A DNA stretch of 64,000 bases from an uncultured delta proteobacterium (lineage in GTDB: Bacteria; Desulfobacterota; Binatia; UBA9968), in assembly GCA_963840855.1 (NCBI GenBank), contig CAWJBB010000051.1:32001-96000 (forward strand), given 5' to 3'. Made by a program: the position numbers and the translations under genes. Positions within the stretch are counted from its first letter, which is position 1. Each line of letters begins with the position of its first letter. Shown one piece after another: positions 32,480 to 44,792 of this stretch. A model generated the notes under the pieces. That model made no database searches. It had not been told where the DNA came from and saw only the letters and a program-made list of their open reading frames with translations.

Positions 32480-33793
32480 GCGCTGTAGGCAATCAGTTTC
32501 TTCACGTCACGGGCCAGCTCGCCCTCCCATTTCTCGATGATAATATCGGCGGGGCATTTGCCGTCGTCGAGAAGGCTTTTCAGTGGCTTTAGATAAATCG
32601 TTTCATCATCGCCTTGGACGTTAAGTGCCCTCTGGCGCCGCAGACCTTCCCAGGCGATTTGCAGAAGTTCTCTGGCCAGTTCGAGCAGAGCGTAGCGGCG
32701 TACCCTGGCCCTCAGCGCGTCCCGGTGCGAGTCGAGATAAATCTGCATCCGTTCGTCCCAGGTCCATCCTTTAATCAAATCCCAGCCCGCCTGGAGACAA
32801 TCGTTATCGTAAAACACGCCCTTGATCAGCGCCGAAAGCGCGGGCATCAGATCCGGCGGCTGGCTGTCCACCGAGCGCACTTCGACATAGCGCTTGATGC
32901 GCGTCTCCGGAAACAGCGTCGTCAGGTGATCGCTCCAATCTTCTATAGTTGCCCGCTCGCCATTGTGTCCCCGCTCCAAATACTGGCGAAAAGTCATGTG
33001 GGTCATGTCGATGTAATCTTTGTTGCGAATGATGAAATACATCGGCACGTCCAGGGCGTATTCCACGTAGTGAACAAAGGAAACATCCGGCGCGAAAGCG
33101 AACTTGAGTAATCCCGAGCGATTATTGTCCGTATCCGTCCATATATGTTCGCGAAAACTGCGATAGCCGTTGAGCGCGCCATCCGAGATCGGTGAGTTGG
33201 CGAACATGGCGATCAATATAGGAGCCAATCCCATGCCAGTGCGAAACTTCGCCATGGCATCTTTTTCGTCGAGGAAATCGATGTTGGCTTGCACCGTGGC
33301 GGTCTGTTTCATCATGCGTTGGCCCATCGTGCCAACTTTGAGCATATAGGGCGCCATAATGCGGTAACGCTTCTTGGGTACCCATTCGATCTCTTCGAGA
33401 CGGCTCACCGGCTGGATGCCCAAACCGAGAAAGACGATGCCCAGCGGTTCGGCGACTTCCAGCAGCTCACGGATATGCTGATCAAATTCAGCGTAAGTGC
33501 AGTGGATGTTTTCGCACGTCTCGCCGGCGAGCTCGATCTGGCCGCCGGGTTCCAGGTGGATCTCGTGCTTGTTTCTTTTCAGCGCGATGATGTGCCCGTC
33601 CTGCTCTTCAGGCTCCCAACCGAAGCGTTCGATCAGCTCGCGAAGAATCCTCTCAATGCCCCGCGGTCCAAAATAAGGAATCGCTTTGCCGGTGGCGCGG
33701 TCGATGCCGACTTTTTCGTACTCGGTGCCGACGCGCCAGCGCTCCCGCGTTTTGCCGGCGTCGTGAAAAAAAGCTTCCAGTTCCTCTTTTCTC

Positions 33794-33807
<14 letters not shown>
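32464..33807 (-). CDS. gshA: Glutamate--cysteine ligase (GCS2/plant-alpha type)
   Basis: GTEYEK, LEPGGQIEL, TVQANID, HLTTLFPE. Confidence 0.88.
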
Positions 33808-34828
<1,021 letters not shown>

Positions 34829-34891
34829 TACGTTCCCATTTTTGCGGAGACCGAGTATATTAAGTGGCGGAAGGAAGCGTCAAGGGCCGCA

Positions 34892-35131
34892 GTGGATATT
34901 TATCATGTTCTAGGGTATCTCACCGGACTCGTTTTTTTTCGACCAGAGATCGATCCCAGGACGTTGCTGCACACGACGGCGCTGATCCATTTTCTCGATG
35001 CGATTCTTTGCCGCGTTATCGCCGACCATGACGGGCGGCCAAAGAATCTCTGGATGGCAGCCGGCTTGATCTTTGGCATCTGGGCCGTGGCGATACTGTT
35101 TCTCCTGCCCGAGAAACGGCAAGAAAAATAA
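34892..35131 (+). CDS. Small membrane protein
   Basis: Hydrophobic ORF with GR..W..GLIFG pattern from GTG 34892. Confidence 0.5.
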   Translation: MDIYHVLGYLTGLVFFRPEIDPRTLLHTTALIHFLDAILCRVIADHDGRPKNLWMAAGLIFGIWAVAILFLLPEKRQEK

Positions 35132-35174
35132 GATATCCGGCCTAATCATGCGCCGAGAGCACGTCTGCGACGCC

Positions 35175-35270
35175 CGTTCAAAGTTCAATGCCTGCCCTGA
35201 GCTTGACGAACGGGTTCAAAGTCCTATCCCCACTACCTTGAACTTTGAACCATGAACCTTGAACTTTCAA
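35175..35270. repeat. TTGAACY heptamer inverted tandem repeat with an embedded REP-like CCTGAGCTTGACGAA
   Basis: Similar heptamer runs at 22833, 29529, 40359, 52341 and 63593-63688. Confidence 0.65.
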
Positions 35271-35273
35271 TCG

Positions 35274-35663
35274 CTACTCATCAAGAGCGATCACAAACGC
35301 CATTCCATGCGCGGCGGTATGGGTGATCGACAAAGTCCAACGGCGAATTCCTAAGCCATCGGCTCGCCGCGCGGTCTTGTCATGCAACAAGATATCCGGC
35401 TTGCCGCTGGCCGCCCGCGTCACTTCGATGTCGAGCCAACAGACCTGCGAGCCCCAACCACGCCCCAGGGCTTTCATCACCGCTTCCTTGGCGGCAAAAC
35501 GGCCAGCGTAGCTTTCATATTTCCCGCGCCGCTTGCCTTCGCAATACGCGATCTCCTTCGAGGTAAAAACCCGGTTGCGGAAACGCAGACCCGTGCGCGG
35601 GTCTTCCAGCGCTCTCTGGATACGCCCGACCTCCGCCAAATCCACGCCTGTGCCGACGATCAT
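35274..35663 (-). CDS. acpS: Holo-ACP synthase
   Basis: GTGVDL, AGRFAAKEAVMKALG, LSITH. Confidence 0.95.
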   Translation of the reverse strand: MIVGTGVDLAEVGRIQRALEDPRTGLRFRNRVFTSKEIAYCEGKRRGKYESYAGRFAAKEAVMKALGRGWGSQVCWLDIEVTRAASGKPDILLHDKTARRADGLGIRRWTLSITHTAAHGMAFVIALDE

Positions 35664-35797
35664 TGTGAGCAGTTTGCGCTTGCCCTCCCCGCCTGTCAAC
35701 GCCGGCCGGCCATGCATCATGCGCGCCGGTTCACCGCACTTTACAAAGTCACCGGACGTGCTTAAATTTCCTTGTTTTAAGTTAAGGAATGCTCCAA

Positions 35798-36878
35798 ATG
35801 AAATCATCACTTCGTTTAGTGTCTACGAATTATTCGAACAAAACGAGCCCCGCGGCTGACTTAAGGGACCGGCGATGAAGACCTTTTCGATGCTTATTCG
35901 TCGGCCGTGATCCGAGCCGCCGACAAGATCAGTCCGTCGGTAGTGAACATCGAAATCCAGCGCGACACCGCGAGATCACGGGAAGCAGCTTTTCCGCAGG
36001 GATATCCGGTGCGTGGCAGCGGCTCGGGGTTCATCTTTACCCCCGATGGCTTCATCCTCACGAATAGCCACGTCGTGCATCACGCCGCCCGATTGGAAGT
36101 CGCGCTGTCGGATGGACGGCGCTACGAGGCGCGTTTAGTGGGTGACGATCCCGACACGGACCTGGCAGTGATCCGCATTGATGCGTCGAATCTTCAAGTC
36201 GCTGAGCTCGGCGCCTCGAACGCGATCCGCGTGGGGCAGCTTGTCATCGCAGTAGGCAATCCCTACGGCTTTCAATGCACGGTCACTGCCGGAGTCGTCA
36301 GCGCCTTGGGGCGTTCGCTCCGTTCAAACACTGGTCGATTGATCGACAACGTGATCCAAACGGACGCGGCGTTGAATCCGGGAAACTCGGGTGGCCCCTT
36401 GGTCAACTCGCGCGGCGAGGTCATCGGGGTCAATACGGCGGTAATTTTGCCGGCTCAAGGCATTTGCTTCGCCATCGCCATCAACACGGCCAAGTACGTC
36501 ACTGGACTTCTGATCAGGGACGGCAAGATCAGACGCAGCTACCTCGGGCTCGGCGGGCAAACCATCTTCATGCCAAAGCATCTCGCTCGCCGCTTTGGAG
36601 TTTCAAGCGGCGTACTCGTGCTGTCAGTCGAAAAAGGAAGCCCGGCAGAAAGAGCAGGCCTCGCCGAGGGGGACCTCATCGTCCAATTCGATGACAAATC
36701 GATCACGTCGGTGGATGATCTGCATCTCAATCTGACCGAGCAGAAGATCGGCGTTAGAACTGCGCTTACGATTCTTCGCCGCTCCGAGAAGATCGTGCTT
36801 TCGGCCTTGCCTGAAGAGAGTCGCTCAAGAGCTAAGGTCGCCAAAACAGATTCGGACACCCAACGGCAAAAGCCTTGA
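35798..36878 (+). CDS. HtrA/DegP-like serine protease with PDZ (frameshift near 35865)
   Basis: TNSHVV, DLAV, GNSGGPL; N-terminal DAYSSAV. Confidence 0.9.
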
Positions 36879-37019
36879 CGCCGCGCTCAAGGTGCCTTGC
36901 GAACTTTATCTTCCTTAAAATATCGATTGCGCCACTCCTCGACGGATTCGATATGGGCCGGGACACAGATCCCGGCCCGGTCACAATAGATCGAACGCGA
37001 TTCCATTGTCAGAAGAAGG

Positions 37020-37625
37020 TTAACCAAGGTCTAGGACAAAGTCGAAAGTGGCAAGGTTTTCGCGGCCGTTTTGCCGCATTGTCAGCAGCAGCTTATCGTT
37101 GAAGATTGAGTCACGCCGGTTTTGTGGCTCTCCGGGAAAGTAAAGCTGGGTCGTAAGAATCGGTCGGTTGGGCGCCTGCACTCTTACGTGGAAGTGGCGG
37201 GTTCGGCCTGGATACAGTCCCGGTAGCACGGTCTCGAGAGAATACCGACCGTAGTCGTCAGTGTACTGGTGACCACGGAGCTTGTAGCCGATGTTGTCGT
37301 ACACTCCGGCGGCATCGGCCTGCCAGAAATCCACAAGCGCGCCGCGGACGGGATGACAGTGCGTCGATCTCACGTAACCCTGGACGAGAATTTTCGTGCC
37401 TTTCATACCGGGCTCGATAAGCAAACTGCGTTTCGGTGAGCTCGGTTTGTAGAAAGGGCCCGCGGTTTGTGGCGGCGTGGCGTCGTCGTTATCCCTACAA
37501 GCAGGCGTCGCCGGTAAAGTTTGCGCCCGGGCAGCCTTCTCCGTCCCGCTATTCTCTAACAGCAAGATTGCCGGCAATGCCAGCCACGCGCGCAGAAACT
37601 CGCGCCTGGACCTTCGTGCATTCAT
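37020..37625 (-). CDS. Intradiol ring-cleavage dioxygenase-like, Tat signal
   Basis: SRREFL, GPFY, WQADAAGVY, YPGRTRHFH, TTQLYF. Confidence 0.88.
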   Translation of the reverse strand: MNARRSRREFLRAWLALPAILLLENSGTEKAARAQTLPATPACRDNDDATPPQTAGPFYKPSSPKRSLLIEPGMKGTKILVQGYVRSTHCHPVRGALVDFWQADAAGVYDNIGYKLRGHQYTDDYGRYSLETVLPGLYPGRTRHFHVRVQAPNRPILTTQLYFPGEPQNRRDSIFNDKLLLTMRQNGRENLATFDFVLDLG

Positions 37626-37812
37626 TACTGTAATACTATCTCAAAAAATGCCGCGATCAATTCGCCTGGGGTGCGCCATCGACTCGTGGTTCCCTCATCA
37701 ACGACAAACCGGCAGCCGGCCATTTAATTCTATGCAAACCCCGCCCGCGAAGTGGCTTCGTTTATTTGACTGCCGTAACGGCTTAGCGTTAGAATCAAGG
37801 CGAAAAGGAGGA

Positions 37813-39000
37813 ATGATTGCCGTGATTAAAATGACCTTTCGGATTCTAATCGCGTCCTTATTGTTCCATCTGCCAGCGGCCGCTTGGGCACAAAAAGGCA
37901 CCATCAAGATCGCCGTTCAGGCGCCGCTTTCCGGCGAGCAAGCCGCCCTCGGCGAACATATCAAACTCGGCGCGCAGCTCGCGGTTGAGGAGTCGGTCAA
38001 AGCTTTCAAAGCCCTGGGGTACGATCTGATCTTGGTCCCCTATGACGATCAAGCCAAGCCGGAAGTCGGTGTCGCCAACGCGCGCAACGTCGTCGCCGAT
38101 GCCAACGTGCTGCTGCTGGTGGGCCACTTTAATTCCGGCGTCGCGCTACCCGCGTCCGAAGTCTACAAGGACGCCATGCTGGCGATGATCTCGCCGGCCA
38201 ATACAGCGACGGAGATCACCGACCGCGGCTATCCCAACGTCAACCGCGTGTGCGGCAGAGACGACGTTCAGGGGCCGGTCGGCGCGCGCTTCGCTGCTCA
38301 GGAGCTGAAACTCAAATCGGTCTATATCATTCATGACAAAACCCTCTACGGCCAAGGAGTGGCGGATAACTTTCGCAACGAAGCGAAAAAACTTGGCCTG
38401 AAGGTGCTCGGCTACGAGGGTACCGAAGAGCGCGCCAACTTCGCGCCGATGATTATTCCGATGAAGGCCAGGAATCCGGATCTGGTTTATTTCGGCGGCA
38501 TCTATCATCAGGGCGGGTTATTGCTTAAACAGATGCGCGAGAAGGGCGTCAAGGCGGTGTTCATGGGTCCCGACGGACTGGACTCTTCCGAGATGGTGAA
38601 GATTACCGGCCCGCAGGTAGTCGGCAGCTATTACACTACGGTGGCCGGCCCGCCGGAAGTTTATCCGGAATCCGCTGACTTCGCCAAGAAATTCAAACAG
38701 CGCTTCAATAAGGACATCGAGTCCTTCGGCATGTACGGCTACGACGCCGCGCTGGTGGGCATCAAAGCCATCGAACAGACGATTCAAGCGAGCGGCGGCA
38801 AAAAACCTAGCCGCGCCGAAATCTCGGCGGCGGTAAGAAAGATCAAAAATTTCAAGGGCGTCACCGGCTCAATCGCCTTCGACAACAAAGGCGACCCGGT
38901 GAAGTCGAAATACTTCGTGCTGCGCTTCGAAAAAGAGAGCTACCCGGGTAAGGTCGCCAAGGTCATTGAACAACAGGCTCCTGCGGCCAAGAAATCCTAA
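37813..39000 (+). CDS. livK: Branched-chain amino acid ABC substrate-binding protein
   Basis: IAVQAPLSG, DDQAKP, VGHFNSG, RDDVQG. Confidence 0.88.
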   Translation: MIAVIKMTFRILIASLLFHLPAAAWAQKGTIKIAVQAPLSGEQAALGEHIKLGAQLAVEESVKAFKALGYDLILVPYDDQAKPEVGVANARNVVADANVLLLVGHFNSGVALPASEVYKDAMLAMISPANTATEITDRGYPNVNRVCGRDDVQGPVGARFAAQELKLKSVYIIHDKTLYGQGVADNFRNEAKKLGLKVLGYEGTEERANFAPMIIPMKARNPDLVYFGGIYHQGGLLLKQMREKGVKAVFMGPDGLDSSEMVKITGPQVVGSYYTTVAGPPEVYPESADFAKKFKQRFNKDIESFGMYGYDAALVGIKAIEQTIQASGGKKPSRAEISAAVRKIKNFKGVTGSIAFDNKGDPVKSKYFVLRFEKESYPGKVAKVIEQQAPAAKKS

Positions 39001-39116
39001 CCTCGCTAATTCTCAAGCAACTCAATGAGTCTTGTTAGAGGATGGAAGATGGCGGATCGAAGATCGATTCTCCGTCCTTCATCCTCAATCTTCGATGTAC
39101 TTTCCGCCAAAGCCCG

Positions 39117-40211
39117 ATGAAAAAGAAATTGCGCGTCGCGCTCCTGTTCGGCGGCCAATCCGCCGAGCATGAAATCTCTCTCATCTCGGCTAGAAACATT
39201 GTCGAGGCGATGGACAAAAAAAAGTACGAAATCGTTTCCATCGGCATCGATAAGCAAGGCCGCTGGTTTTACGACGAGGGGGCGCGGTTGCTGCTGGATC
39301 GAACCCAAACTAAAGTCGAATTTCACGATCTGAAAAATGTCGGGGCCGTGTTGCCGGGGGCGAGCAACACAGCGATAGTGCGCTCCTCGTCCGGCGCCGG
39401 CATCGGCGCCGTGGACGTTGTTTTTCCGGTGCTTCACGGCCCATTCGGCGAAGACGGTACCGTGCAAGGCTTGCTTAAGCTCGCCAATCTCTCCTTTGTC
39501 GGTGCCGGAGTGCTCGGTTCCGCTGTAGGCATGGACAAAGACGTCATGAAGCGGCTTTTGCGGGATGCCGGGATTCCGATCGCGAAGTTTTTAGTATTCG
39601 ACGGCGCGGCTAAAAAAACCATAAACTTTGCCCGGGTGCGGCGCGAATTGGGACTACCGCTCTTCGTAAAACCAGCCAACCTCGGATCCTCGGTGGGCAT
39701 CAGCAAAGTCTCTCGCCCAAGCGAATTTTCGCGCGCCGTCAATAAAGCGTTTCGTTACGATAATAAGATATTGATCGAGGAGAACATCGGGGGGCGGGAG
39801 ATTGAATGCGCCGTGTTGGGAAACGAAAACCCCATCGCTTCGGTGCCGGGCGAGATTATCACCGGCCACAGCTTTTATTCCTACGACGCCAAATATATCG
39901 ACGATAAAGGCGCGCGCCTGGTAATACCGGCTCAGTTGCCGCGTCCGGTGGCGCGGCGTGTTCAGGAATTGTCAGTGCGCAGCTTCGAGGTCCTGTGCTG
40001 TTCGGGGATGGCCCGGGTGGACTTTTTCCTGCGCGGGCCAAGCGAGATATTCGTTAACGAGATCAACACGATCCCAGGTTTTACCCAGATCAGCATGTAC
40101 CCCAAGATGTGGGCCGCAAGCGGGCTTTCATATCCCCGTCTAATCGACCGGCTGATCCAACTAGCGCGCCAAAAATTCCGTGCGGAAAAGCGTTTAAGAT
40201 CGTCGATCTGA
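39117..40211 (+). CDS. ddl: D-alanine--D-alanine ligase
   Basis: GGQSAEHEIS, HGPFGEDG, GSSVG, YDAKY, NEINTIPG. Confidence 0.96.
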   Translation: MKKKLRVALLFGGQSAEHEISLISARNIVEAMDKKKYEIVSIGIDKQGRWFYDEGARLLLDRTQTKVEFHDLKNVGAVLPGASNTAIVRSSSGAGIGAVDVVFPVLHGPFGEDGTVQGLLKLANLSFVGAGVLGSAVGMDKDVMKRLLRDAGIPIAKFLVFDGAAKKTINFARVRRELGLPLFVKPANLGSSVGISKVSRPSEFSRAVNKAFRYDNKILIEENIGGREIECAVLGNENPIASVPGEIITGHSFYSYDAKYIDDKGARLVIPAQLPRPVARRVQELSVRSFEVLCCSGMARVDFFLRGPSEIFVNEINTIPGFTQISMYPKMWAASGLSYPRLIDRLIQLARQKFRAEKRLRSSI

Positions 40212-40398
40212 TGATCGAATGCGCGAGCCTCAATGAGGCCAAGGTGGCCGGCGTCTATTTTCCCGCCGAGCTTAGCGCCGAAGAAATCGCGCTCTCCATC
40301 GAACATGGCGTTGCATGCGCTACAAGAACTAGCGACAATCCCCAAGACTCCGGAATCGGAATTTGAACCTTGAACTTTGAACCCGGAACTCTGCCCAG

Positions 40399-41607
40399 CT
40401 AATCCATCTGCCTTCTCAGAAACGTCGGGATATCATAAGTATTGTCCTCGTCGTCATTCTTGTTTAACTGAAACGTCGAGTTGTTCAGCGTCACCTTTTC
40501 GGTTTCATCGCTGCCCTGTTTCTTGCGCTGCCAGGTCGGCGCTTCTAGATCGTCAACGATGGTACCGAGATGTACGACCTTCTTGTTTTTCGGCGCCGGG
40601 GTCGGGGCAATGGGCGCTAGGTTTATGACCACCGGCTTTTGCTCCTCCTTGGTGTCGGTGAAGCCCGTGGCGATGACCGTGATGCGGATCTCGTCGGTGA
40701 GGTTTTCGTCGATAACAGCGCCAAAAATGATATTGGCATCGTCGTCGGCTTCTTCCTGGATCATGGACGCCGCCTCGTTGATCTCATGGACGCCGAGATC
40801 CGGACCACCGGTAATATTGATAAGCACGCCACGCGCGCCGTGGATCGAAATATCTTCGAGCAACGGGCTTGAAATCGCCTTCTGCGCCGCCTCCACCGCC
40901 CGGTTTTCCCCGGTCGCCGTAGCCGAGCCCATAAGCGCCAGGCCCATCTCAGCCATCACCGTGCGCACGTCGGCGAAATCGAGATTGATCAATCCCGGCG
41001 TGATGATCAGGTCCGAAATGCCGCGCACGGCTTGCAAGAGCACGTCATCGGCCTTGTTGAACGCTTCGAGCATTGTAGTGGTCTTGGCGGCGATGCTTAA
41101 CAGGCGCTGATTCGGAATGACGATCAAGGTATCGACGCTTTCCTTCAACTCTTCGATACCTTCTTCGGCTTGACGCAGGCGCCGCTTGCCTTCGAAAACG
41201 AAGGGTTTGGTCACCACGCCCACCGTCAGCGCGCCCGCGTCCCGCGCCAGGCGCGCAATCACCGGTGCTCCTCCCGTGCCGGTTCCACCGCCCATGCCGG
41301 CGGTGATAAAGACCATGTCGGAACCTGACAAGTGTTCTTTGAGCTGATCCTGGTTTTCCAACGCGGCGCGCCGCCCAACCTCCGGGTTGGCGCCGGCGCC
41401 TAGGCCCTTGGTTACGGACTCACCCAGTTGTATTTTGTTCAGAGCCTGGCTGCGCTCCAGGGCCTGCGCATCGGTGTTGGCAACCAGGAAATCGACTCCC
41501 GTGAGCTTGGATCGGATCATGGTGTTCACCGCGTTGCCGCCGCCGCCGCCGACGCCGATCACCTTGATTCGGGCAGTCAAATTGGTTTGCTCGACAATCT
41601 CAATCAT
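40399..41607 (-). CDS. ftsZ: Cell division protein FtsZ
   Basis: GGGTGTG, NLDFAD, DIPTFLR. Confidence 0.98.
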   Translation of the reverse strand: MIEIVEQTNLTARIKVIGVGGGGGNAVNTMIRSKLTGVDFLVANTDAQALERSQALNKIQLGESVTKGLGAGANPEVGRRAALENQDQLKEHLSGSDMVFITAGMGGGTGTGGAPVIARLARDAGALTVGVVTKPFVFEGKRRLRQAEEGIEELKESVDTLIVIPNQRLLSIAAKTTTMLEAFNKADDVLLQAVRGISDLIITPGLINLDFADVRTVMAEMGLALMGSATATGENRAVEAAQKAISSPLLEDISIHGARGVLINITGGPDLGVHEINEAASMIQEEADDDANIIFGAVIDENLTDEIRITVIATGFTDTKEEQKPVVINLAPIAPTPAPKNKKVVHLGTIVDDLEAPTWQRKKQGSDETEKVTLNNSTFQLNKNDDEDNTYDIPTFLRRQMD

Positions 41608-41652
41608 TGGTATTCCTCCCTCGAAAATAAAATTGACAGTTTCGCTTTGCCA

Positions 41653-42879
41653 TCAAAAAAATTCATCCAGCCAGTAGGACATGCGATGGCGGAATTTGGC
41701 CATGAGACCGTCGTCGCGCATGCCGAACGGTCCGCGTTCCTGGCGCCCCATGCCATGCAATACCAGGCCGACGCCGGTGGCGTACGCGGGACTGGAGATC
41801 ACGCCCGCCAGGCCGCGGATATGCGCCGGAACGCCGAGCCGCACCGGCAATTCCAAAACCTGTTCCGCCATATCCACCGCGCCGGGAAGCAGCATGGAGC
41901 CGCCCGTCATGACTGCGCCGGCGGCCAACAACGCCGCATATCCGCTCTTACAGAATTCTTCGCGCACCAGTTGAAATACTTCATCCAGGCGCGGCTCGAT
42001 GATCTCACAGAGAATCTGCCGTGAAACACTGCCCGCTGCCTTGCCGGCGGCGCTCGGGACTTCGATGCGCTCGTCGGACGCAGCCATCGAAGTCTTAGCC
42101 AAACCGTAGCGTTGCTTGATTCGCTCCGCATCGGCGAAAGAGGTGCGCAGGCCGGTGGCGATATCATTGGTTACGTGATTGCCGCCGATGGGCAGCACCG
42201 CCGTGTGGCGCAGGCTGCCATCGTGATAGACCGCGATGTCGGTAGTGCCGGCGCCCATATCTACGACGGCTACGCCCAACTCGCGCTCCTTTTCGCTGAG
42301 CACCGCTTCCGCCGTGGTCAACGGCATGAGCGCCAGGCCGGCGACGCTGAGCCCCGCGCGGTTGCAGCACTTGATCACGTTTTGCGCCGCCATCGAGGAG
42401 CCGGTCAGAATATGCACCCGCGCTTCGAGGCGCACCCCTGACATGCCCAGCGGTTCCTTGATGCCGTCGTGTTCGTCGAGAATGAAATCCTGAGGCAGCA
42501 CATGAAAAACTTCTTGCTCGGTCGGGATCGCCACCGCCTTCGCCGCGTCGAGTACCCGGTCGAGATCCCGCGCGCCCACTTCCTTGTTTTTCACGGCGAC
42601 GATGCCGTGGCTATTGAATCCCTTAATGTGACTGCCGCCGACGCTGGTGAAGATCGAATGGATTTCGCAACCGGCCATCAGCTCGGCTTCTTCTACCGCC
42701 TTTTTGATGGAGCCCACCGTGTTCTCAATATTGATGACCACTCCTTTGCGCAGCCCCTGCGATGGATGGGTGCCGAGGCCGATGATCTCGACTCCCTGGT
42801 CGGACATCTCACCGATCATGGCCGCGACTTTCGAAGTGCCGATATCCAAGCCCGCTACGATGGTGTGTTTCTTCGTCAT
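41653..42879 (-). CDS. ftsA: Cell division protein FtsA
   Basis: LDIGTSK, DMGAGTTD; position in cluster. Confidence 0.96.
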   Translation of the reverse strand: MTKKHTIVAGLDIGTSKVAAMIGEMSDQGVEIIGLGTHPSQGLRKGVVINIENTVGSIKKAVEEAELMAGCEIHSIFTSVGGSHIKGFNSHGIVAVKNKEVGARDLDRVLDAAKAVAIPTEQEVFHVLPQDFILDEHDGIKEPLGMSGVRLEARVHILTGSSMAAQNVIKCCNRAGLSVAGLALMPLTTAEAVLSEKERELGVAVVDMGAGTTDIAVYHDGSLRHTAVLPIGGNHVTNDIATGLRTSFADAERIKQRYGLAKTSMAASDERIEVPSAAGKAAGSVSRQILCEIIEPRLDEVFQLVREEFCKSGYAALLAAGAVMTGGSMLLPGAVDMAEQVLELPVRLGVPAHIRGLAGVISSPAYATGVGLVLHGMGRQERGPFGMRDDGLMAKFRHRMSYWLDEFF

Positions 42880-42900
42880 GACTCTCTAACTCAACTCCCG

Positions 42901-43722
42901 TCATTGGCTTTGCCGCGCCTCTCTGACGCGCGTCACGGCCTGGCCGCGATAACTCACGTCCAGCGACGCCAGCCGCTCCTCATGTCCCCTCCACAGGGAG
43001 AGCACGCGTTTCACCCGCAAGATTTTGTCGTCCCAGTCTCCCCATCCCATGTGCAGTGCCATCGGATAGGCTGTGGTATAGACCACCACTCGCTCCGGCG
43101 CGGCGAAATGAATCTCTGAAAGCTTGTGCCCATCCATGGCCATCAGCTCACCCAGCCGCAGCGCCTCTTTGAGACGGCGGCGCAGAGCCGGGTCAGCTGC
43201 CGCCAATTGCTCCGGGCGGAGTCCTGTGATCATCGGCAAGCCGAGCTTGTCGCCGGCGCCGACTTCCGTGAAGACCAAGCCGTCGGAATCGACATAGTAA
43301 AGTTGACCCATCGCCACGATCGCTTTGGGCGCGCGCTCCTCGACTTCGATTACCACGCTGCGCGGAAACTCGCGGCGTACCAGAACGCGGCGCACCCAGG
43401 GATGTTTGGCGAATTTCTCTTCGATGGCCGTCGGATCGATCTTCCAGATATTCATGCCATGTTTGAGACCCGCCATGGCGACGAGCTCGCCACCGCCGAC
43501 CCGGTCGCCGCCGCGCACCTGAATTTCGCGCACGGAAAAATAGGGGCTGTCCAAAACAAACGCTTTGGCCGCCCGCGCCGCACCGCGCAAGCGGCCGCCC
43601 CACTGGTAAAGCGCCGCCGCAATCAAGCAGACCGAGAGCAGCGCGGCAATGCTCCACAGCCGGCGGCGCCAGCCGGCCGCGGGCCGTTTGCGATTGCCTT
43701 TGCGATAGACCGTCAATTGCAT
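42901..43722 (-). CDS. ftsQ: Cell division protein FtsQ
   Basis: TM plus POTRA (PWVRRV..RREFP); position in cluster. Confidence 0.9.
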   Translation of the reverse strand: MQLTVYRKGNRKRPAAGWRRRLWSIAALLSVCLIAAALYQWGGRLRGAARAAKAFVLDSPYFSVREIQVRGGDRVGGGELVAMAGLKHGMNIWKIDPTAIEEKFAKHPWVRRVLVRREFPRSVVIEVEERAPKAIVAMGQLYYVDSDGLVFTEVGAGDKLGLPMITGLRPEQLAAADPALRRRLKEALRLGELMAMDGHKLSEIHFAAPERVVVYTTAYPMALHMGWGDWDDKILRVKRVLSLWRGHEERLASLDVSYRGQAVTRVREARQSQ

Positions 43723-43738
43723 AGGCTCGTCTTTTCGT

Positions 43739-44668
43739 TCAAACCGCCGGCCAATCGCCCAAATACTTGACCTCCGCCGTCAGCTCGACGCCGAAGCGCT
43801 GCTCTACTTCGGCGCGCGCCAAGTCCATCAGTTGGCGCACATCGTCCGCTTTGGCAGCGCCGAGATTGACGATGAAGTTGGCGTGACGCTCGGAAATCTG
43901 CGCTTGGCCGATGCGCATGCCTTTGAGCCCCGCCGCTTCAATCAACCGTCCCGCGAAGTCCCCCGGCGGATTGCGAAACATGGAACCGGAATTTGGATAC
44001 CCCGAGGGCTGGCTGCTTTTTCGCCGAGTCACCAGCTCGCGCAGTTTAGAACTTACCTGCGAGGCTTCTTGTCTGCTCAAGCGCAGCCGCCCCCGCGTCA
44101 CCACCATGCCTGGCGGCAAATTGGCATCGCGATAGGCGAAATTCAGCTCCGTCCTGGCAAACCGCGCCACCTCGCCTTCCTGCGTCACGCCTTCCAGCTG
44201 ATCGACGATTTTTTCGAATTCCGATCCATAAGCGCCGGCATTCATCACCAACGCGCCGCCCATGGTACCTGGAATGCCCTCGGCGAATTCCAAACCGGTG
44301 TAACCTCTGCGCGCCGCTTCGCGCACTAACTGGGTAACCGAGCAAGCCGCCCCCACATCCGCCCACACGCCCGTTTCATCCTCGCGCCACTCGACGCGCT
44401 TGAATATACCCCCCAAGCGAATCACCGCGCCGCGCACGCCGCGATCGCTGATCAAGACATTGCTGCCATTGCCAAGCAGGCAAAGGGCGGCGCCATGGCG
44501 CCGCAGCAGCGGCAACACTTGGCGGAGCGCCGCATCGTCTTGCGCTTCGATGAAGTAATCCGCCGGGCCACCGATTTTCATGGAAGTGTAGCGCGCCAGC
44601 GGCTCATCGGATTTCACCTTGAGCCCGGCAATCAGTTTCAGCTCTTCTGCCAACCCGCTCTCCGCCAT
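43739..44668 (-). CDS. murB: UDP-N-acetylmuramate dehydrogenase
   Basis: GNGSNVL, GIPGT.GG..MNAGAYG, GSMFRNP, HANF. Confidence 0.95.
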   Translation of the reverse strand: MAESGLAEELKLIAGLKVKSDEPLARYTSMKIGGPADYFIEAQDDAALRQVLPLLRRHGAALCLLGNGSNVLISDRGVRGAVIRLGGIFKRVEWREDETGVWADVGAACSVTQLVREAARRGYTGLEFAEGIPGTMGGALVMNAGAYGSEFEKIVDQLEGVTQEGEVARFARTELNFAYRDANLPPGMVVTRGRLRLSRQEASQVSSKLRELVTRRKSSQPSGYPNSGSMFRNPPGDFAGRLIEAAGLKGMRIGQAQISERHANFIVNLGAAKADDVRQLMDLARAEVEQRFGVELTAEVKYLGDWPAV

Positions 44669-44679
44669 AAAAGACTCAC

Positions 44680-44781
44680 TGGAGTGTTGGAATATTGGAA
44701 TACTGGAAAATTGGAATTGTACCCGCTTCCTCATCCAGCTATACCATTACTCCATCATTCCATTCTTCCATCGCTCCAGCG
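44680..44781. repeat. Octamer (TGGAATAY/CCATTCTT-like) inverted tandem repeat between murC and murB
   Basis: ctggagtgttggaatattggaatactgg ... ccattactccatcattccattcttccatcgctccag. Confidence 0.6.
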
Positions 44782-44792
44782 TTCCATCGTTT

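Noticed and set aside
40211-40366. 51-codon ORF after ddl
   Set aside because: No recognisable family; it may be a fragment and cannot be supported.
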